From assembly GCF_001194135.2 (NCBI RefSeq), contig NC_068981.1:18521625-18570171 (forward strand): 48,547 nt of DNA, given 5' to 3'. The notes below the pieces were generated by a model. That model had not been told where the DNA came from. It worked only from the letters and a program-made list of their open reading frames with translations, and did not search any database. Origin of the DNA: Octopus bimaculoides (lineage: Eukaryota). Every line of letters starts with the position of its first letter. The first letter of the stretch is position 1. Below, in pieces: positions 46,520-48,547 of the stretch. The translations under genes and the position numbers were made by a program.

Positions 46520-46892
46520 TTTTTTTTCTATGGGGTTTGACAAATGTTACATTACAAGAACAATTACCAGGAAATTTCCAGCAGATGCAAGTTATCTGAT
46601 TTATACAAGTATAAACACTGCATGGGTTAAACGCGATGATGTAAAAGCTCAGTTTGTGCGTCAGTTGTTGAACAAATAACTTTTAAGCATACTTTCTTTC
46701 ACAGGAATATCTGTCAATTAGAGAACACAAGTCTTGATACAATGAAGAGAAATTAATAACGTTTATGAAAGCTAATAATGTAATCAGTGGGTCGGTCGAT
46801 GACAGCGACTTCTACATGTCTCTGGTAAAGTTGTCACTTGATCAGGTGATCCACTTGTTGCAATGTTTCTAACAAGCAACTAAATATCAATT

Positions 46893-47382
46893 TCTCCTCC
46901 TCCTCCTCCTCCTNNNNNNNNNNNNNNNNNNNNNNNNNNNNNNNNNNNNNNNNNNNNNNNNNNNNNNNNNNNNNNNNNNNNNNNNNNNNNNNNNNNNNNN
47001 NNNNNNNNNNNNNNNNNNNNNNNNNNNNNNNNNNNNNNNNNNNNNNNNNNNNNNNNNNNNNNNNNNNNNNNNNNNNNNNNNNNNNNNNNNNNNNNNNNNN
47101 NNNNNNNNNNNNNNNNNNNNNNNNNNNNNNNNNNNNNNNNNNNNNNNNNNNNNNNNNNNNNNNNNNNNNNNNNNNNNNNNNNNNNNNNNNNNNNNNNNNN
47201 NNNNNNNNNNNNNNNNNNNNNNNNNNNNNNNNNNNNNNNNNNNNNNNNNNNNNNNNNNNNNNNNNNNNNNNNNNNNNNNNNNNNNNNNNNNNNNNNNNNN
47301 NNNNNNNACTACTACTACTACTACCACCACCAACAACAACACCACCACCACCACTACTACTACTACCACCACCACCACCACC

Positions 47383-47450
<68 letters not shown>
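46893..47450. repeat. (CCT)n, gap, (CTA)n/(CAC)n compound microsatellite
   Basis: Visible directly around gap 46914-47307. Confidence 0.93.
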
Positions 47451-47453
<3 letters not shown>

Positions 47454-48547
47454 GCAACAACTTAGCAGTTGTACTCTACTACCACGATGTAGCATGTGTA
47501 GTACCTGCAAAACCTCGAAGGGAGTTCGGAAGCCACAAAGATATGATGACTAACACGATATATTTTCTGTGGGGAGTAAGGTTATATTTATAACTTCCTA
47601 AATGATATAAGGTCAAGCATGTAATTTTCATAAGGAATGATTGCAGGCGTATTTGAAGTATTTTTGTGAGGTAATTTTTCGATCTGTTTTTTTTTTCGTT
47701 TTTCCTTACATGTTATGAAATACGACGTTTTAATTTTAAGTTTATAGCCTATATAATCCTTACATATCAAAATTCAACTCAGATGTTTTATATTTTTATA
47801 TTCAAATTTACTGAGAAAAACATAAATATGATGAAGACATATTATTTTTACTTCTTTTAAAGCAAAACCATGCATTAATCTAAATATCAAAAAGCTTAGA
47901 GAATATAAAAATCATTGAGACGTTGTGCTATACTCGTGATTATATTGTACCAGATCTTGAAAAAGTCAGTTTTTATTTCGACTACCAAGCGGGTGACTAA
48001 AACAAACCGTGACCTCCTCATGTAATTTATGCAGCATATATAAGTGATATGAGTGACTGCTTGAAAAACAGATGTCCACAATGCCTTTTGCAGTGCTCAT
48101 GATTTAGAAGAAGCAATCAAATCAGTTCCTGCAACTTACTCTTCCTTGCGATTAAACTATATTTATCATGAAGTATATCTGCCACTTAAATGCGGCTAAA
48201 CCCTAAGGGTGAATGTTACTGTTGCTTTTAGCCCCAGGAGAACATCTCCGCCAGTTGGCTATTGACACACTTTCTGTGCCCTGTCGGTATTTGCAAAGGG
48301 AAGTTATCCTTCCCATCGTCGATCTGACGTGATACGCACGGACCCGGGTTTCTGGGTTTAAGTGGTAAATATACTTCACGTTGTCGTGCAGTTACTGTTT
48401 ATACCTCGTTCAGAGATTTAACATTGCTTGTATATTTATCATGTTTTGATGGTATATACGTATTAATAATATACATTTATAAGTAAGCCTAGTAATGAAA
48501 TTTAAATGAAGGTAAACATCATTGTTACACAGTGTGTATACAACATG

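Noticed and set aside
48200-48370. GC-richer segment that looks like an interspersed repeat (similarly 30700-30915)
   Set aside because: No diagnostic motif and no clear second full copy in the window, so it cannot be classified from sequence alone

Overview
AT-rich, repeat-saturated animal genomic DNA. The SINE families and microsatellite load match my recollection of octopus, but that assignment is inference. I cannot support any host protein-coding exon, rRNA or true tRNA gene. Nearly all ORFs in the track are microsatellite read-throughs, N-gap artefacts or decayed transposon frames. The window holds: (i) many decayed RLE-type (R4/Dong-like) non-LTR retrotransposon fragments, stacked in (AAT)n-type tracts at 1-5.1 kb and recurring at 10-11.7, 15.4-18.2, 22-23.8, 34-36.5 and 39.4-40.5 kb; (ii) about 14 copies or fragments of at least three tRNA-derived SINE families; (iii) Tc1/mariner DNA transposons of three lineages (Tc1, mariner, DD41D); (iv) a ~2-kb Penelope-like element (PLE) inside a (TA)n tract, with a recognisable RT but no visible GIY-YIG endonuclease; (v) Ty3/Gypsy integrase and possible RNase H and gag relics; (vi) abundant di-, tri- and tetranucleotide repeats and nine assembly gaps (9784-10214, 19160-19169, 19583-19772, 21424-21824, 26183-26654, 28432-28553, 41851-42005, 43044-43293, 46914-47307). 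The most interesting signal lies outside the ORF track: a well-formed type I hammerhead ribozyme at 12984-13053, several further decayed hammerhead-like motifs, and short non-coding modules built from nested inverted and direct repeats. Together these suggest PLE-related, ribozyme-bearing non-autonomous retroelements. All family names come from motif recall, with no database search. Element boundaries are approximate unless a TSD or TIR is quoted.
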